From NCBI GenBank assembly GCA_040756875.1, contig JBFLYH010000001.1:416001-480000 (forward strand): a DNA stretch of 64,000 nucleotides, written 5' to 3'. Below the pieces are notes generated by a model. It did no database searches, was not told the DNA's origin, and saw only the letters and a program-made list of their open reading frames with translations. Both the position numbers and the translations under genes were made by a program. Numbering within the stretch: the stretch's first letter is position 1; every line of letters begins with the position of its first letter. Positions 29,981 through 41,668 of this stretch are shown here, piece by piece. The DNA is from a candidate division FCPU426 bacterium (lineage in GTDB: Bacteria > Oederibacteriota > JAAXVQ01 > JAUVAV01).

Positions 29981-32900
29981 GTGAAAAAAATAGCCTCGGC
30001 AGGCTGGCTATTCAGCCTGCCGTTTCTCTTTTGCGGATCTCCCGCCCAAAGTGCAACCTTTTCCGAGGATTTCGACACCACGGTATACGAGGATTCGGCC
30101 AACACCACGGCTGACTGGAACACCGGCGCCAGCCGGGTGCAATTACTACCCACCTATTCCTTCACACAGCCAACCGGCATCGCCAACTGGGGCGGGCAGA
30201 TCAATACCGTTGCTACGAACGGCGCCAATTTCCTCATCGGCGGCGACGGCGCCAAACTCAACCTGTACGACGGCTCCTCCAGCACCGCGCTTTCCAACAC
30301 CCTGGTGGGATACGCCGGCAACAATATCCGCGCCATTGCCTGGGGTGTCAATTCACAATGGTTTATCGCGGGTAACAACGCCAAGCTCAACGCCTATAAC
30401 GGGAATTTTGCGGTGGACCTGTCCAACAGCCTGACCGGCTGGGGCACCAACAACATCTTAACAATAGGTTACGGCGGCGGTAGCACGGAAAATTTCTGGC
30501 TTTTTGGCGGCGGCAGCTCCAATGTCGGCAAGCTGACTAAATATAACGGCACGAGTTTTTCCAATTTGGAAAGCACTTCCGGCTTTTTTGGCAATACCTA
30601 TACGGTGTACAGTTTGGCTTTCAATGGCAGCGGCTGGCTGATCGGCGGTAACAGCGGGCGGTTGTCCTATTACAGCGGAGGCGCGTTTACCGACCTGTCA
30701 TTCCGCCTTTCGGGCTCCGGAGCGGGCGAAGGCAATTTTGGGAATAACATTGTCTACAGCATCGGTTGGGACAGTGTCAACAGCCGCTGGCTGATCGGCG
30801 GCTCGGGCGGCAAGCTGGCTGCCTACAACGGCACCTCCTTCTCTGATCTATCAAGTTCGGTCTCCACCTTTAATAATATCTATTCCCTCAGTCACAATGG
30901 AAGTTACTGGCTGCTGGTGGGCAATGACACCAGCGGCGCCACGGAATGCTATTCGTACGACAATTCCACATTTCGCGATCTGTCGGCGAACTTGATCGGT
31001 ATGGGCAGCAGCCTTCCTTTGTATACCGTGGCCGGCCATTCCACGCTGTGGTTGCTGGGCGGGGCCCAAGCCAAGCTCAACGATCATACCGGCGGCGCAA
31101 CATCCACGGTTTTCAACGATCGTTCCAACCGGCTCGCGGATTTCGGCACCAAGCATATCCTGGCTTGTGCCTACAACAGCACATTCGGCTACTGGCTGGT
31201 GGGCGGTGCGGACAAACGCCTGAACCGCTACAACGGCGTGTTCTTTACCGATATCTCCAGCGACCTGGCTGGCTACAGTTCGACTGACGACGTGTTGTCC
31301 ATCGATTGCAACGGCACTTATTGGCTGATTGGTGGAACCGGAGGCCGGCTCACCCGTTATAACGGTACGGGTACGGATTTGTCATCTTCGCTTGGATTCG
31401 GAAGCAATGCGGTCTATGCCATCAAATGGGATGCCGCGGACAGCTTGTGGATGATCGGCGGGGAAGGGCCGAGTTTGAAAACATACAATGGCGCCAGTTT
31501 TTCCGCCAGTCTAACGGGTTCCATGGTGAATTTTACGGGCACGGTCCGGGGCATCAGCTATTCGGGCGGCTGGTGGATCATCGGCGGCACGAATGCCTCG
31601 ATCAACCGCTACAATGGGTCGAGTTTCAGCGATCTCTCTTCGGGCTGGGGAACCGGCGACATTTACACTATCGGAACAAATGACAGCTACTTCCTGATCG
31701 GCGGCGCTTCGGCCAAGGTGAGGCAGTTGTATCCCGTCGTATGGAGTTTCGTCGGTGTTTCGCTCACGAGTTTCACCGGGGCCGACGTGCGCAGCCTGGC
31801 CTACAGTCCGGCCTTTGGATATTGGATGATCGGCGGGACTTCGGCCCGGTTGAACCGTTATAACGGCACTTCCACTTCCGATGAATCCGGCAATCTGATT
31901 GAATTCGGCAATTCGAACATCAACACCCTGGGCTGGGGCAGCGATCATTGGCTGTTCGGCGGGGACGACGCGCGCATCAACAAATACGGTCCTACCTATA
32001 CCACTCCCGGCCAGGCGCAGTCCCTGACCACGGTTACGACCGGCAGCTGGTTCATGCGCGCCACACTGACCGCGGTCCAAACACTCAACGGGCAAGCCAT
32101 TGTTTATTATCTCTCGGCCAACGGCGGAACGAATTGGGAAGGCCCGGTGACTTTGGGTTCGGCTTGGACGTTTGCGAATACCGGGGTTGACCTGCGCTGG
32201 CGCGCGGTTTTGTCCACCTCGGACAGCGCGCTTTCCCCTTTCTTGGATTCCCTGGCCATTGATTATGTAGTGCCCACGCCCACGTCCACCGCTACGCCGA
32301 CATTCACAGCCACGCCAACTTATACGGCAACGCCGACCATGACCCGGACTGTCACGCCCACGCCCACGTTTACCGCCACGCCGACTTCCACCGGCACGCC
32401 GACCATGACCCGGACCATCACGCCCACAGCCACCCATACTCCCACGGATACCGCCAGCCCGACCATGACCTCGACTTCCACGCCGGAGCAGAGCCCGACC
32501 TTCACGGTCACCCGGACTTTTACTTCCACCTCCACCCCGACGTTTACGGCCACGCCAACCTTCACAGCGACCCCGACGTTTACCACCACGCCGACTTTCA
32601 CGGCGACCCCGACGTTTACGGCCACCCCGACGTTTACCGCCACGCCGACGGCGACGGCAACGCGGACCTCGACTTCGACTGCCACGGCGACGCGGACGCA
32701 CTCGCCGACGTTCACGGCCACTCCGACGTTTACGGATACCCCAACGTTTACCGCCACGCCGACGGCGACGGCAACGCGGACTTCAACTTCGACCGCCACG
32801 CCCACGCGGACGCATTCGCCGACGTTCACGGCCACGCCCACCTATACGGATACTCCGACGTTTACGGCCACGCCAACGTTCACGGATACATGGACAGCCA

Positions 32901-34213
32901 CACCGACCTTCACCGCTACGCCAACTTTCACGGCGACTTCGACTGCCACGTTTACCCGGACGCATTCGCCGACGTTCACCGCCACCCCGACTTTCACGGC
33001 GACGCCGACGTTTACCGCCACGCGGACAGCAACTTCGACGCGGACATCGACCCCGACCGCCACGGCCACGCGGACGCATTCGCCGACGTTTACGGCCACG
33101 CCGACCTTCACGGCCACCGCGACCGCTACGGCCACGCGGACGCACTCGCCGACGTTTACAGCCACGCCGACCTTCACGGCCACTGCGACCGCTACGGCGA
33201 CGCAGACGCATTCGCCGACGTTTACGGCCACGCCGACGTTCACCGCCACCCCGACTTTCACAGTGACGCGGACCTTCACGTCGACTTTCACGGATACGCC
33301 GACGTTTACGGCCACGCCGACGTTCACCCCGACCTTCACCGCGACCCCGACGTTAACGGCTACGCCGACATTTACTGCATCCGCCACTTTCACCCTGACA
33401 TTTACAGCCACGCCGACCTTCACGGCCACGCCGACTTATACTGTGACCCGTACTTCCACGGCCACTGCCACGCATACGCCAACCTTTACAGTGACGCCGA
33501 CTTTCACCGCCTCAATAACAGTCACGCCCACTGGGACACATACGCCGACCTTTACGGCCACGCCGACCTTCACCGCCTCAATCACCGTTACGCCCACGGG
33601 GACAAACACCCCGACCTTCACGATCACTCCTACCCGCACTGCCAGTGCGACCTTTACCGCAACTGCCACTGCCACCCTGACGGCAACAGCCTCAGCTTCT
33701 CCGTCGGCGACTCCCAGCCGGACTGCAAGTCTGACACCTTCCCTTACGACCACGCAGACTCCTACCGCGACTTCCACTATCACCCTGACTTCCAGTCCGA
33801 CGCGGACCGTCACAGCCACGCAAACTCCGCTGGCTTCAGCGACAATAACCCCAACCCTTACCGCCACGCCGACCAATCCGCCGGTTTTGCCTTCCGCCAC
33901 TCCGACCGCGACCTCTACGCCGACCGCGACCTCCACCCCCATGATCGAAATACGGGTTTATCCCAACCCGTTCAAGCCCGACACGGCGGTAGGCGGTACG
34001 CTGAAATTTATCGGATTACAGGCAACGGATGTATTACGGATATATACCGTAACAGCGGAAAAAGTTTATGAGACCAGAGGGCATGCCGGCCGCTTTGAAT
34101 GGAATGGTAAAAACCGGGAAGGTTCGGCGGTTGCCAGCGGTGTTTATATATGGGTTCTGGAAAGGTCAAACGGCGAAAAATATATGGGAAAAATAATCAT
34201 TATTTCCAACTGA
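29981..34213 (+). CDS. Large secreted protein: 14-repeat beta-propeller region, ~555-aa Thr/Pro stalk, T9SS-type C-terminal domain (paralog 1)
   Basis: GTG after GAGGGG; signal peptide; 14 W-L-I-G-G..L..YNG repeats; TATPTF tract; [29 protein letters not shown]. Confidence 0.88.
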   Translation: MKKIASAGWLFSLPFLFCGSPAQSATFSEDFDTTVYEDSANTTADWNTGASRVQLLPTYSFTQPTGIANWGGQINTVATNGANFLIGGDGAKLNLYDGSSSTALSNTLVGYAGNNIRAIAWGVNSQWFIAGNNAKLNAYNGNFAVDLSNSLTGWGTNNILTIGYGGGSTENFWLFGGGSSNVGKLTKYNGTSFSNLESTSGFFGNTYTVYSLAFNGSGWLIGGNSGRLSYYSGGAFTDLSFRLSGSGAGEGNFGNNIVYSIGWDSVNSRWLIGGSGGKLAAYNGTSFSDLSSSVSTFNNIYSLSHNGSYWLLVGNDTSGATECYSYDNSTFRDLSANLIGMGSSLPLYTVAGHSTLWLLGGAQAKLNDHTGGATSTVFNDRSNRLADFGTKHILACAYNSTFGYWLVGGADKRLNRYNGVFFTDISSDLAGYSSTDDVLSIDCNGTYWLIGGTGGRLTRYNGTGTDLSSSLGFGSNAVYAIKWDAADSLWMIGGEGPSLKTYNGASFSASLTGSMVNFTGTVRGISYSGGWWIIGGTNASINRYNGSSFSDLSSGWGTGDIYTIGTNDSYFLIGGASAKVRQLYPVVWSFVGVSLTSFTGADVRSLAYSPAFGYWMIGGTSARLNRYNGTSTSDESGNLIEFGNSNINTLGWGSDHWLFGGDDARINKYGPTYTTPGQAQSLTTVTTGSWFMRATLTAVQTLNGQAIVYYLSANGGTNWEGPVTLGSAWTFANTGVDLRWRAVLSTSDSALSPFLDSLAIDYVVPTPTSTATPTFTATPTYTATPTMTRTVTPTPTFTATPTSTGTPTMTRTITPTATHTPTDTASPTMTSTSTPEQSPTFTVTRTFTSTSTPTFTATPTFTATPTFTTTPTFTATPTFTATPTFTATPTATATRTSTSTATATRTHSPTFTATPTFTDTPTFTATPTATATRTSTSTATPTRTHSPTFTATPTYTDTPTFTATPTFTDTWTATPTFTATPTFTATSTATFTRTHSPTFTATPTFTATPTFTATRTATSTRTSTPTATATRTHSPTFTATPTFTATATATATRTHSPTFTATPTFTATATATATQTHSPTFTATPTFTATPTFTVTRTFTSTFTDTPTFTATPTFTPTFTATPTLTATPTFTASATFTLTFTATPTFTATPTYTVTRTSTATATHTPTFTVTPTFTASITVTPTGTHTPTFTATPTFTASITVTPTGTNTPTFTITPTRTASATFTATATATLTATASASPSATPSRTASLTPSLTTTQTPTATSTITLTSSPTRTVTATQTPLASATITPTLTATPTNPPVLPSATPTATSTPTATSTPMIEIRVYPNPFKPDTAVGGTLKFIGLQATDVLRIYTVTAEKVYETRGHAGRFEWNGKNREGSAVASGVYIWVLERSNGEKYMGKIIIISN
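32273..33940 (+). repeat. Coding low-complexity tandem repeat (TATPTF and TRTHSPTF units)
   Basis: Imperfect 18-bp periodicity (acggccacgccgacgttt-like) with synonymous variation. Confidence 0.9.
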
Positions 34214-34450
34214 TTAAATCTTATTGCAATTTTTTTGGAACCTATTTGTCAATCATTCGCTCCAAAGTATCATGAATATCTTGTAAAGCTCGAGATCAAT
34301 AATGACGATGCTTTTTTCAGATTATGGATTGACTGTTAATTTTTTTTGGCATAAAATTTTACATGAATAGGTGCTCTAAAACTTAACAAATATATTTTAC
34401 ATATTTTTACAAATGCTATTTTAAAAAAAATTTTAAGAGGGACAGGAACC

Positions 34451-36058
34451 ATGAAAAAAACAATTGTCCTGCTCGGGATTTTTTGTCTTTTTTCATTATC
34501 CGCTGAAGCCGCTGGCCCGGGAACGACCAATGCCAACTTTTTAAAGGCAGGCCAAGGTGCACGGCCGATCAGCATGGGTGAAACCTACATCGCTTTAGGC
34601 GACGGCTTGGACACCTTATATTGGAACCCTGCCGGCTTGGCGCAACTTGCTTCGCCCACCGCCTCCTTCATGCACAGTTTTTGGATTCAAGACATCGGAA
34701 CTGAGTACCTGGCCTATGGGTTGCCGCTCGGTCCGTTGGGTGCGGTGGGTGGTGGTTTGAGTTTCTTGCATGCCGGCTCGGTTACGGAGACTTTTGAAGA
34801 CCAGTATGGGAACTATGCAGGTGAAGGCGGACAAGTGTCGGCCATGAGTTTTGCGTTGATTGGCACATATGCCCAGAAGCTTTCCCGGCTCATGCCTGTG
34901 CAAGACCCGTTTTTCAGCAACATGCTGGTGGGAGCCAGCTTGCGGATCGTTACCGAAAGCATCGAGGAAGCCAGCATCTTCGGCGGAGCGCTTGACATCG
35001 GAGTGATCTGGCGACAGACCGAGGAGATCAAGCCCATGGAGATCACCTCGGCGGCCGGATTGACGCCGCGGGAAACAGGGAAGCCCCTGGTGCGCGACCG
35101 TGGCTGGCGGCTGGGTTTGGTCGGCCAGAACCTGGGCATGACCAGCGACCAGTTGATGCCGATCAATCTGAGGGCTGGCGCCGGCTATGTGTTGCCGGAC
35201 CTGTTTTCCCCCAATGGCCGCGGCACCATGGCCGTGGATGTCCTGGTGCCGATCGACAATGATGTGAAAATATCCGTGGGCGCGGAATACGCCCACTTGA
35301 GCCCCAACACGGAATTTGCCGCGCGGGTCGGTTACAAGATTGGTAATGAAATCAAGGATTTGGATTCCCTGGCGGGCCTTACCGCGGGCGTGGGCGTGGC
35401 GATCCAGGCCGGGTTCATCAAATATCAGGTGGACTACGCTTTCGTTCCATACGGCGAGTTGGGCTCGACCCACCGTGCCTCCCTGACCCTTGGATTTTTA
35501 CCCTCGGCCAATGTGGTGAAAACCCAACCGGTCAGCGTGGTTCCTTCCGGCGTGGATGAAATCGCGCCACCCTTGGCCGCTTCCGCAAAACCGGCGGAAC
35601 CGAAGCCGGTTGTCAAAGCCCAGACCCAACCCAAACCCCAACCCGCTGCGGAAACGGTACCGGTCGTCAAACCCGAAGTGGCGCAACCCGTGGAACCCAC
35701 GGCGCCAGCGCCGGCAGCCGAACCCGGCAAGTTGGCGCAAGCTTTACGAATGTTCCAGAAACGCATGGAAGCCAAACTGATCATCCCCGTGCAATTCGAT
35801 ACCAATAAATCCATTATTCCCGATGGCAGCAAAAAAAGCCTGGATATGCTGGGTAAAATATTGGAGCAAAATCCCCAGGGGCAGGTGGTCATCACTGGTT
35901 ACGCGGGAACGGACGCCAAACTTGCCGAAGCCAGGGCGCAAGCCGTGGCACGTTATCTGAAAATGACTTATTCCGTGGCTTCCGACCGCTTGGAAGTGCG
36001 CAAAGGCGATGCAGCCGCAAAGCCGAAGAATGTTGATATCAGCGTGGAAGCGAAGTAA
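34451..36058 (+). CDS. PorV/PorQ-family beta-barrel fused through a Pro-rich linker to an OmpA-like C-terminal domain
   Basis: FLK.G.GARP.SMGE.Y.A......YWNPAGL; DYAFVPYGELG.THR.SL; PAEPKP linker; F....S....L..LG.IL...V.I.GY....LA..RA.AV..YL. Confidence 0.88.
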   Translation: MKKTIVLLGIFCLFSLSAEAAGPGTTNANFLKAGQGARPISMGETYIALGDGLDTLYWNPAGLAQLASPTASFMHSFWIQDIGTEYLAYGLPLGPLGAVGGGLSFLHAGSVTETFEDQYGNYAGEGGQVSAMSFALIGTYAQKLSRLMPVQDPFFSNMLVGASLRIVTESIEEASIFGGALDIGVIWRQTEEIKPMEITSAAGLTPRETGKPLVRDRGWRLGLVGQNLGMTSDQLMPINLRAGAGYVLPDLFSPNGRGTMAVDVLVPIDNDVKISVGAEYAHLSPNTEFAARVGYKIGNEIKDLDSLAGLTAGVGVAIQAGFIKYQVDYAFVPYGELGSTHRASLTLGFLPSANVVKTQPVSVVPSGVDEIAPPLAASAKPAEPKPVVKAQTQPKPQPAAETVPVVKPEVAQPVEPTAPAPAAEPGKLAQALRMFQKRMEAKLIIPVQFDTNKSIIPDGSKKSLDMLGKILEQNPQGQVVITGYAGTDAKLAEARAQAVARYLKMTYSVASDRLEVRKGDAAAKPKNVDISVEAK

Positions 36059-36128
36059 AGCTGCTGGGCAAGGAACGGAATACCTGAACCCATTGTAATA
36101 GGCGAGTCGTGCGGTAGGGAGAGATCTC

Positions 36129-39100
36129 ATGCTGATATCCAAACGCACGTTTATCAGGATTTGCTGTTGCGCGGCCGCCGCATTGGCAATCGTCCAACCT
36201 GTCCTTGGCGATACATTCACCGAGAATTTCACCTCCACCACCTATCAGGATGTCCTGCAGACCTCCGCCGTATGGGATACATCGGCCGAGGAAGTCCGGC
36301 TACCTTCCACCTATACGTTTGCCCAGCCTTCCGGCGTGGTGGTTTGGGGCGGACAAGTCAATGCCATCCAACAGAACGGCAGTTATTGGCTGATCGGCGG
36401 CAACGGCGCCAAACTGAACCGGTTCAATGGATCTTCTTTCTCCAGCCTCAGCGATGGAATCCAAGGCTTTTCGGGAAACAACATCTATGCGGTGAATTAT
36501 GGCAGCGGCTATTGGCTGGTTGGCGGCGGAAGCCAGAAACTGAACAAGTACGACGGATCGGTGTTCACAGATTATTCCTCCAGCCTGGTCAATTGGTCCG
36601 GCGCGGATGTGCGGGCCGTGGCTTACGGCGCGGGGACGGAAAATTTCTGGTTGGTCGTAGGCAGCAACGGCAAGCTGAACCGCTACAACGGCACCTCCTT
36701 TGCCGACCTGTCGGGCAGCACAGGCTTCTGGGGCAGCACGACCACGGGTTATGCGGCGGGATTCAACGGCACCTACTGGCTCCTGGGCGGCAGCAACGGC
36801 TACCTGGTGAGGTACCAGAGCGGGACGTTCACGCCCCTCTCGGCCTGGGGCAGCGGCATTGTGTATTCAATCGCGTGGGACAGCGGGAGCTCGCAGTGGC
36901 TAATCGGCGGCTCGGGCGGCCGGCTGCTTTCCTACAACGGGACCAGCTTCACGAACCAATCATCCAAAGTCAGCACGTTCAACAACATCTACAGTATTGC
37001 GCACAACGGCAGCTACTGGCTGCTGGCGGGGAACGACACGACGGGCGCGAGCGAAGTTTATTCGATGTCCAGTGATTTCGCCACCTACTACGACCGATCG
37101 GCGAACCTGGTGAACATGGGCGCGGGTGTGCCGCTGTATGCGGTGGCCGGAGACAGCACGGAATGGCTGCTGGGTGGGGCTGAAGCCAAGCTGAACAACC
37201 ACACGGGAACGATCAGCTCCACGACGTTCGAGGACCGTGCCAGCCAGTTGGTGGAGTTTGGCATCGATGCCATCTACGCTGCGGGCTACAATAGCACGGA
37301 TGGTTATTGGCTTATGGCCGGTGCCAATAAAAATTTGAACCGTTACAGCGGTGGAGTTTTCACAGACGAAAGCAGCGTGCTCTCGGGCTGGGCGTCAAAT
37401 CAGGCGGTGACAGCGGTTGGGTATAATGCCACGGATAATTATTGGCTGATCGGCGGCGCTGACGGCAGGTTGAACCGCTACAACGGAACTTCCTGTACGG
37501 ATCTGACCAGCAGCCTGGGCTTTGGCACCGGCGTGGCGGTGAACGCCATCCGCTGGAACGGCAGCCTATGGCTGATCGGCGGTGACAACGCCCGGCTCAG
37601 CAGCTACAACGGATCGAGCTTTAATTCTTTGACCCTGAATAATTTCAATCCCTTGGGTTCGAATGAATCCGTGCGCGCCATTGAATACACCAACGGCTAT
37701 TGGCTGATCGGCGGCGCCAATGGCTGCATCAACCGTTACAACGGCACGAGCTTTACCGATTTGCGGGCGAATTTGCAGGCGACCTGGGGTGGATATTACA
37801 ACGTCAATTCCATTTCCCAGGACGGGACCTTGTTCTGGCTGGGGGGAGACAGCGGGCATGTGGCCAGCTATTATGCGGTCATCAATTTGTTTACGAATTA
37901 TTCCAGCACGGATCTGGGGACGATTTTCGGCAGCAACAACGTTCTGTCTGTTTACTGGAGCACGGGCTTCAATTGCCTGATGGTGGGAGGCCAGAATGCC
38001 AAACTGGCGTTCCTGTACTTACCCAGCACTGTGGACGATCATTCGGCGGATTTGATCAACTACGGAACCAACAGTATCAACAGCATCAAGTTCGGCGTGG
38101 ATACGTACTTTCTCGTTGGTACAGCCGCGGCAGTGAACACCTATGGCCCGATTTACGAACAGCCCAAGTGGGCCCAGTCGTTGACCGTGGCCGAGTCCAC
38201 GGAAAATTTCTATTCAGTCACGCTGACAGCCACTGACAGCATTCCGGCAGGCACGTCCATCCGCTACTGGCTGACAGTCAACGGCCAGCTGTCGGATCCC
38301 CATGAATACTGGATCCAAGCCACACCCGGCGTGGCCACCATTTTCACGGGGTTGTACGAGGGCATCCGGCTGAAATGGAAAGCGGAGCTGGTAACGAACA
38401 ACCTGACCATATCACCGCGCATTTACCAGATCAATTTGCAATACCAGATCCCGCCCACGCCCACGCCCACCGATACTTCCACGCCCACGCCCACGGTCAC
38501 ACCGACGCCATCGGTCACACCCAGCGCGACCGCCACGCAAACGCCGAGCTTCACGGTCACGCCGACTGCCACGCCCACGTTTACCAGGACGCCGACCGAC
38601 ACTTCGACGCCGACATTTACGATCTCCCCGACTTCCACGGCCACTCCGACGATAACGCCTACGCCGACTGATGTGATCTTCAGCCCTACGATAACGCCCA
38701 CGCCGACCCAAACCCTGACCTCGACATTTACGCCGACTTTCACCCAAACCTATACGATTTCGCCCACGTTTTCCGAAACGCCCACCATGACTTCCACGTT
38801 TTCAGTGACCGCGACGCTGACCATCTCTCCGACCATGACCGAAACGCCGGTGGTGAGTCCGACCTCCACTCCGACGCCGTCAGTGACCCAAACGTGGACC
38901 GCCAGCCCCACGGCCACGCCCAACCCGGAATTTACTTTCTACTACGGTTCGCTTATCATCCCCATGGACACAGCCTCCGGCCGCACCAACCAGGACCGCG
39001 GCATGTGGCGGGCATACGGCTTGGTGTACCGCCTGCTGCAAAACGGCATCCCGGTGCACTGGGCGATCAAGTCCTATAAAGATTATGAAGAAATCGACTT

Positions 39101-41558
39101 TACCTGCACCCAGACCCAGGATATCAGAACCCTGGCGAGTTACACCAATCCCAGTTACAACGGCGGGCCGTTCGTGATCGATGCCAGCAACTCGCCGCAG
39201 GCGGTGGCCATCATCACGTCTTGGAACTCGGGCCAGACCAACATCGTGAATGTGCACCAGTACACGGACAACACCCAGTCGTTCAACGCGCCCATTTTCC
39301 GCAAACTCAAGGCCGCGCCCAAGCTTGCCATTTATCACAACTCGGATCCGCGCGATACCTGGACCTCGGCGCGCAGTTATCTTTATGCGGCCGGAATCCG
39401 GGATTCGAACGGCAACAACTGGCCGTCCACCTCTCCGGACGTGCTGGACGAGAACGAAATCGCCGGACCGACGAGTTCCAGCCATACGGACGGCGCCCTG
39501 TTCCTGTCCGGCAGCGGGCTGCCGGCGTACGCCATGCTGATCAACATGCACTGGCAGGCTTATCCCATCGGCGTGCCGAATTCCGGAGATTTGGACGACA
39601 TCACCTACGGTGCGGACTATAGTATCAGCGGATATGAAGGCCAAGGCCCGTCCACGGGTCCCGGGCATACGGGCGCTGGCACTTACGGTGGAGGGTGGGA
39701 TTCCGGCGGGGAAGTGTATCAAAACGTGACCGCGCGCGCGAACGTGATCGAAGCCTCGGCGGAGATGGATTACTACTTGCGCAGCGGAACCGCGCATATT
39801 TATGCCCAGTGCATCGGCGTGGCGGCGCTGGAAAACAACATCGTCGCCACCACGCCCTATTGGAATGATTTCGTTTACGGCGGATATGGCCATTGGCTGA
39901 CGACCAACGGCGTGATCGACACCAGCACTCTGCCCGGCAGCACGGCCGCGGATTACCTGAACAACCTGCCGGACGCGCCGGCCGGCCAGGCGACCGGGAA
40001 CTGGACCTATTTGCCAAGTTCGTCGCAAGCGGCTTTCGGTCTGGCGCCGGGGAGCGCATTCTACGGCGGCGAATCCTCGCTGATCGTTATCGACAGCGTG
40101 AGTCCGGGCAACTATCCCTATCTGTTCATGAACGGCCACTACAAGGGCATCACCAGCGCGGGGAAAGCGTCGTACCTGATCGGGCACGAGTCGAGCTACT
40201 CGCTGCCCTATTCGACGAACTCGCGGGCGCCGATGATGAGGTATTTCTACAATACAATCTATGAATCGCCGGCCGCATCGGAAGCGGTTCCGGAGATGTA
40301 CTTGGAGAAGAGCGGCCCGTCCGAGGCTGAAATCGGGTCGAACATCACGTACACGATTACGTATCACAACGTATCGGGTGTGGCGTACAATGTGTCCTTG
40401 TCAGATCCCTATCCCGCCAATTCGACTTATGTGTCGAACACCGGTGGCGGCGTGCCGGGCGCCGGCCGGGTGACGTGGACATTGGGGACCTTGGCAGCCG
40501 GGGCGTCGGGAAGCGTGACCGTGACCTACAGTCTGCAAAATCCCGCTCCGGCGAGCGGGTGGGCGGACCAGGCGAATGTGATCTACTATTCGGGGCCGAC
40601 GCAGTTCACGCGTTATTCGAACGTGGTTTCGACCCTGGCCGTGATCTTTACCCCCACGCCGACAGTGACCTCGACCCAAACCATCACGCCCACGTCCACC
40701 ATCAGTCCCACGGCCACGAACTCGGCTTCGGCCACGCCCAGCCTTACACCGACGGATTCAGCCACAGACACGCCTACCATCACCGAAACCTGCACCGCAA
40801 CGCCGACCGAGACGCCCACGGCGACCATTTCGCCAACCGCGACCATTTCGCCGACCATCACGGCCACGCCGACCATCACGCCCACGGCGACGATTTCTCC
40901 CACTTCCACGCATACGCCGGTGCTGACCGCCACGCCTACGGATACGGTGACAGTCACCGGCACCATCACGCCGACTTATACGATTTCGCCTACAATGACC
41001 CATACGCCGACTGTCACCAGGACAGCCACTGTGACAGCCACCGGCACCGCCACCTTGACCATGACTTCTACGGCCACAATGACCTTGACCTCTACGGCAT
41101 CGCGGACTGCCACGGCTACGCTGACCGCGACCATTTCGCCGACCATGACCGAAACGCCGACCGTTGTGTTGACGCAGACGTTCACGGTTTCTCCGACGAT
41201 TCCGGTGCCCACAGTCACGCCGACCCAGCCGCCTTCCGCGGCCACCGCCACACCGACCCCGACCGCCACCTCCACTCTGGTGCCGCCGGGAGCGGAGATC
41301 AGGGTGTACCCGAATCCTTTCAATCCCGGCAAGGCCTTTGGCGGCACGTTGAAAATGGAGAATGTGCCGCGGGGCACGGTTGTCAGGATTTTCACGGTTA
41401 GCGGCGAATTGGTGCGGACATTCAACGGCACAGGCCAGAGGATATACTGGGATGGTAGGAATGAATCCGGCGAAGAAACCGTAGCCGGCGTTTATCTCTA
41501 TCTGGCGACCTATTCGGATGGAACCAAGGTCGCGGGTAAAATATTCCTGGTGCGATAG
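36129..41558 (+). CDS. Large secreted protein: 14-repeat propeller region, Thr stalk, alpha/beta domain, DUF11 Ig domain, Thr stalk, T9SS-type C-terminal domain (paralog 2)
   Basis: Signal peptide; 14 WLIGG-type repeats; KSGP..A..G..ITYTITY.N..A.NV.L.D..P DUF11 motif; [15 protein letters not shown]. Confidence 0.88.
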   Translation: MLISKRTFIRICCCAAAALAIVQPVLGDTFTENFTSTTYQDVLQTSAVWDTSAEEVRLPSTYTFAQPSGVVVWGGQVNAIQQNGSYWLIGGNGAKLNRFNGSSFSSLSDGIQGFSGNNIYAVNYGSGYWLVGGGSQKLNKYDGSVFTDYSSSLVNWSGADVRAVAYGAGTENFWLVVGSNGKLNRYNGTSFADLSGSTGFWGSTTTGYAAGFNGTYWLLGGSNGYLVRYQSGTFTPLSAWGSGIVYSIAWDSGSSQWLIGGSGGRLLSYNGTSFTNQSSKVSTFNNIYSIAHNGSYWLLAGNDTTGASEVYSMSSDFATYYDRSANLVNMGAGVPLYAVAGDSTEWLLGGAEAKLNNHTGTISSTTFEDRASQLVEFGIDAIYAAGYNSTDGYWLMAGANKNLNRYSGGVFTDESSVLSGWASNQAVTAVGYNATDNYWLIGGADGRLNRYNGTSCTDLTSSLGFGTGVAVNAIRWNGSLWLIGGDNARLSSYNGSSFNSLTLNNFNPLGSNESVRAIEYTNGYWLIGGANGCINRYNGTSFTDLRANLQATWGGYYNVNSISQDGTLFWLGGDSGHVASYYAVINLFTNYSSTDLGTIFGSNNVLSVYWSTGFNCLMVGGQNAKLAFLYLPSTVDDHSADLINYGTNSINSIKFGVDTYFLVGTAAAVNTYGPIYEQPKWAQSLTVAESTENFYSVTLTATDSIPAGTSIRYWLTVNGQLSDPHEYWIQATPGVATIFTGLYEGIRLKWKAELVTNNLTISPRIYQINLQYQIPPTPTPTDTSTPTPTVTPTPSVTPSATATQTPSFTVTPTATPTFTRTPTDTSTPTFTISPTSTATPTITPTPTDVIFSPTITPTPTQTLTSTFTPTFTQTYTISPTFSETPTMTSTFSVTATLTISPTMTETPVVSPTSTPTPSVTQTWTASPTATPNPEFTFYYGSLIIPMDTASGRTNQDRGMWRAYGLVYRLLQNGIPVHWAIKSYKDYEEIDFTCTQTQDIRTLASYTNPSYNGGPFVIDASNSPQAVAIITSWNSGQTNIVNVHQYTDNTQSFNAPIFRKLKAAPKLAIYHNSDPRDTWTSARSYLYAAGIRDSNGNNWPSTSPDVLDENEIAGPTSSSHTDGALFLSGSGLPAYAMLINMHWQAYPIGVPNSGDLDDITYGADYSISGYEGQGPSTGPGHTGAGTYGGGWDSGGEVYQNVTARANVIEASAEMDYYLRSGTAHIYAQCIGVAALENNIVATTPYWNDFVYGGYGHWLTTNGVIDTSTLPGSTAADYLNNLPDAPAGQATGNWTYLPSSSQAAFGLAPGSAFYGGESSLIVIDSVSPGNYPYLFMNGHYKGITSAGKASYLIGHESSYSLPYSTNSRAPMMRYFYNTIYESPAASEAVPEMYLEKSGPSEAEIGSNITYTITYHNVSGVAYNVSLSDPYPANSTYVSNTGGGVPGAGRVTWTLGTLAAGASGSVTVTYSLQNPAPASGWADQANVIYYSGPTQFTRYSNVVSTLAVIFTPTPTVTSTQTITPTSTISPTATNSASATPSLTPTDSATDTPTITETCTATPTETPTATISPTATISPTITATPTITPTATISPTSTHTPVLTATPTDTVTVTGTITPTYTISPTMTHTPTVTRTATVTATGTATLTMTSTATMTLTSTASRTATATLTATISPTMTETPTVVLTQTFTVSPTIPVPTVTPTQPPSAATATPTPTATSTLVPPGAEIRVYPNPFNPGKAFGGTLKMENVPRGTVVRIFTVSGELVRTFNGTGQRIYWDGRNESGEETVAGVYLYLATYSDGTKVAGKIFLVR

Positions 41559-41668
41559 CAGAATGCCCTCGAGTTTCGGATAGTATAGACGAAACTTAAA
41601 ATATGGGGTATTCTGTATAAATGTGAATCTGTTTGGAAACACGCCCCTGCGGGGCAAAGGCTGGCCGT

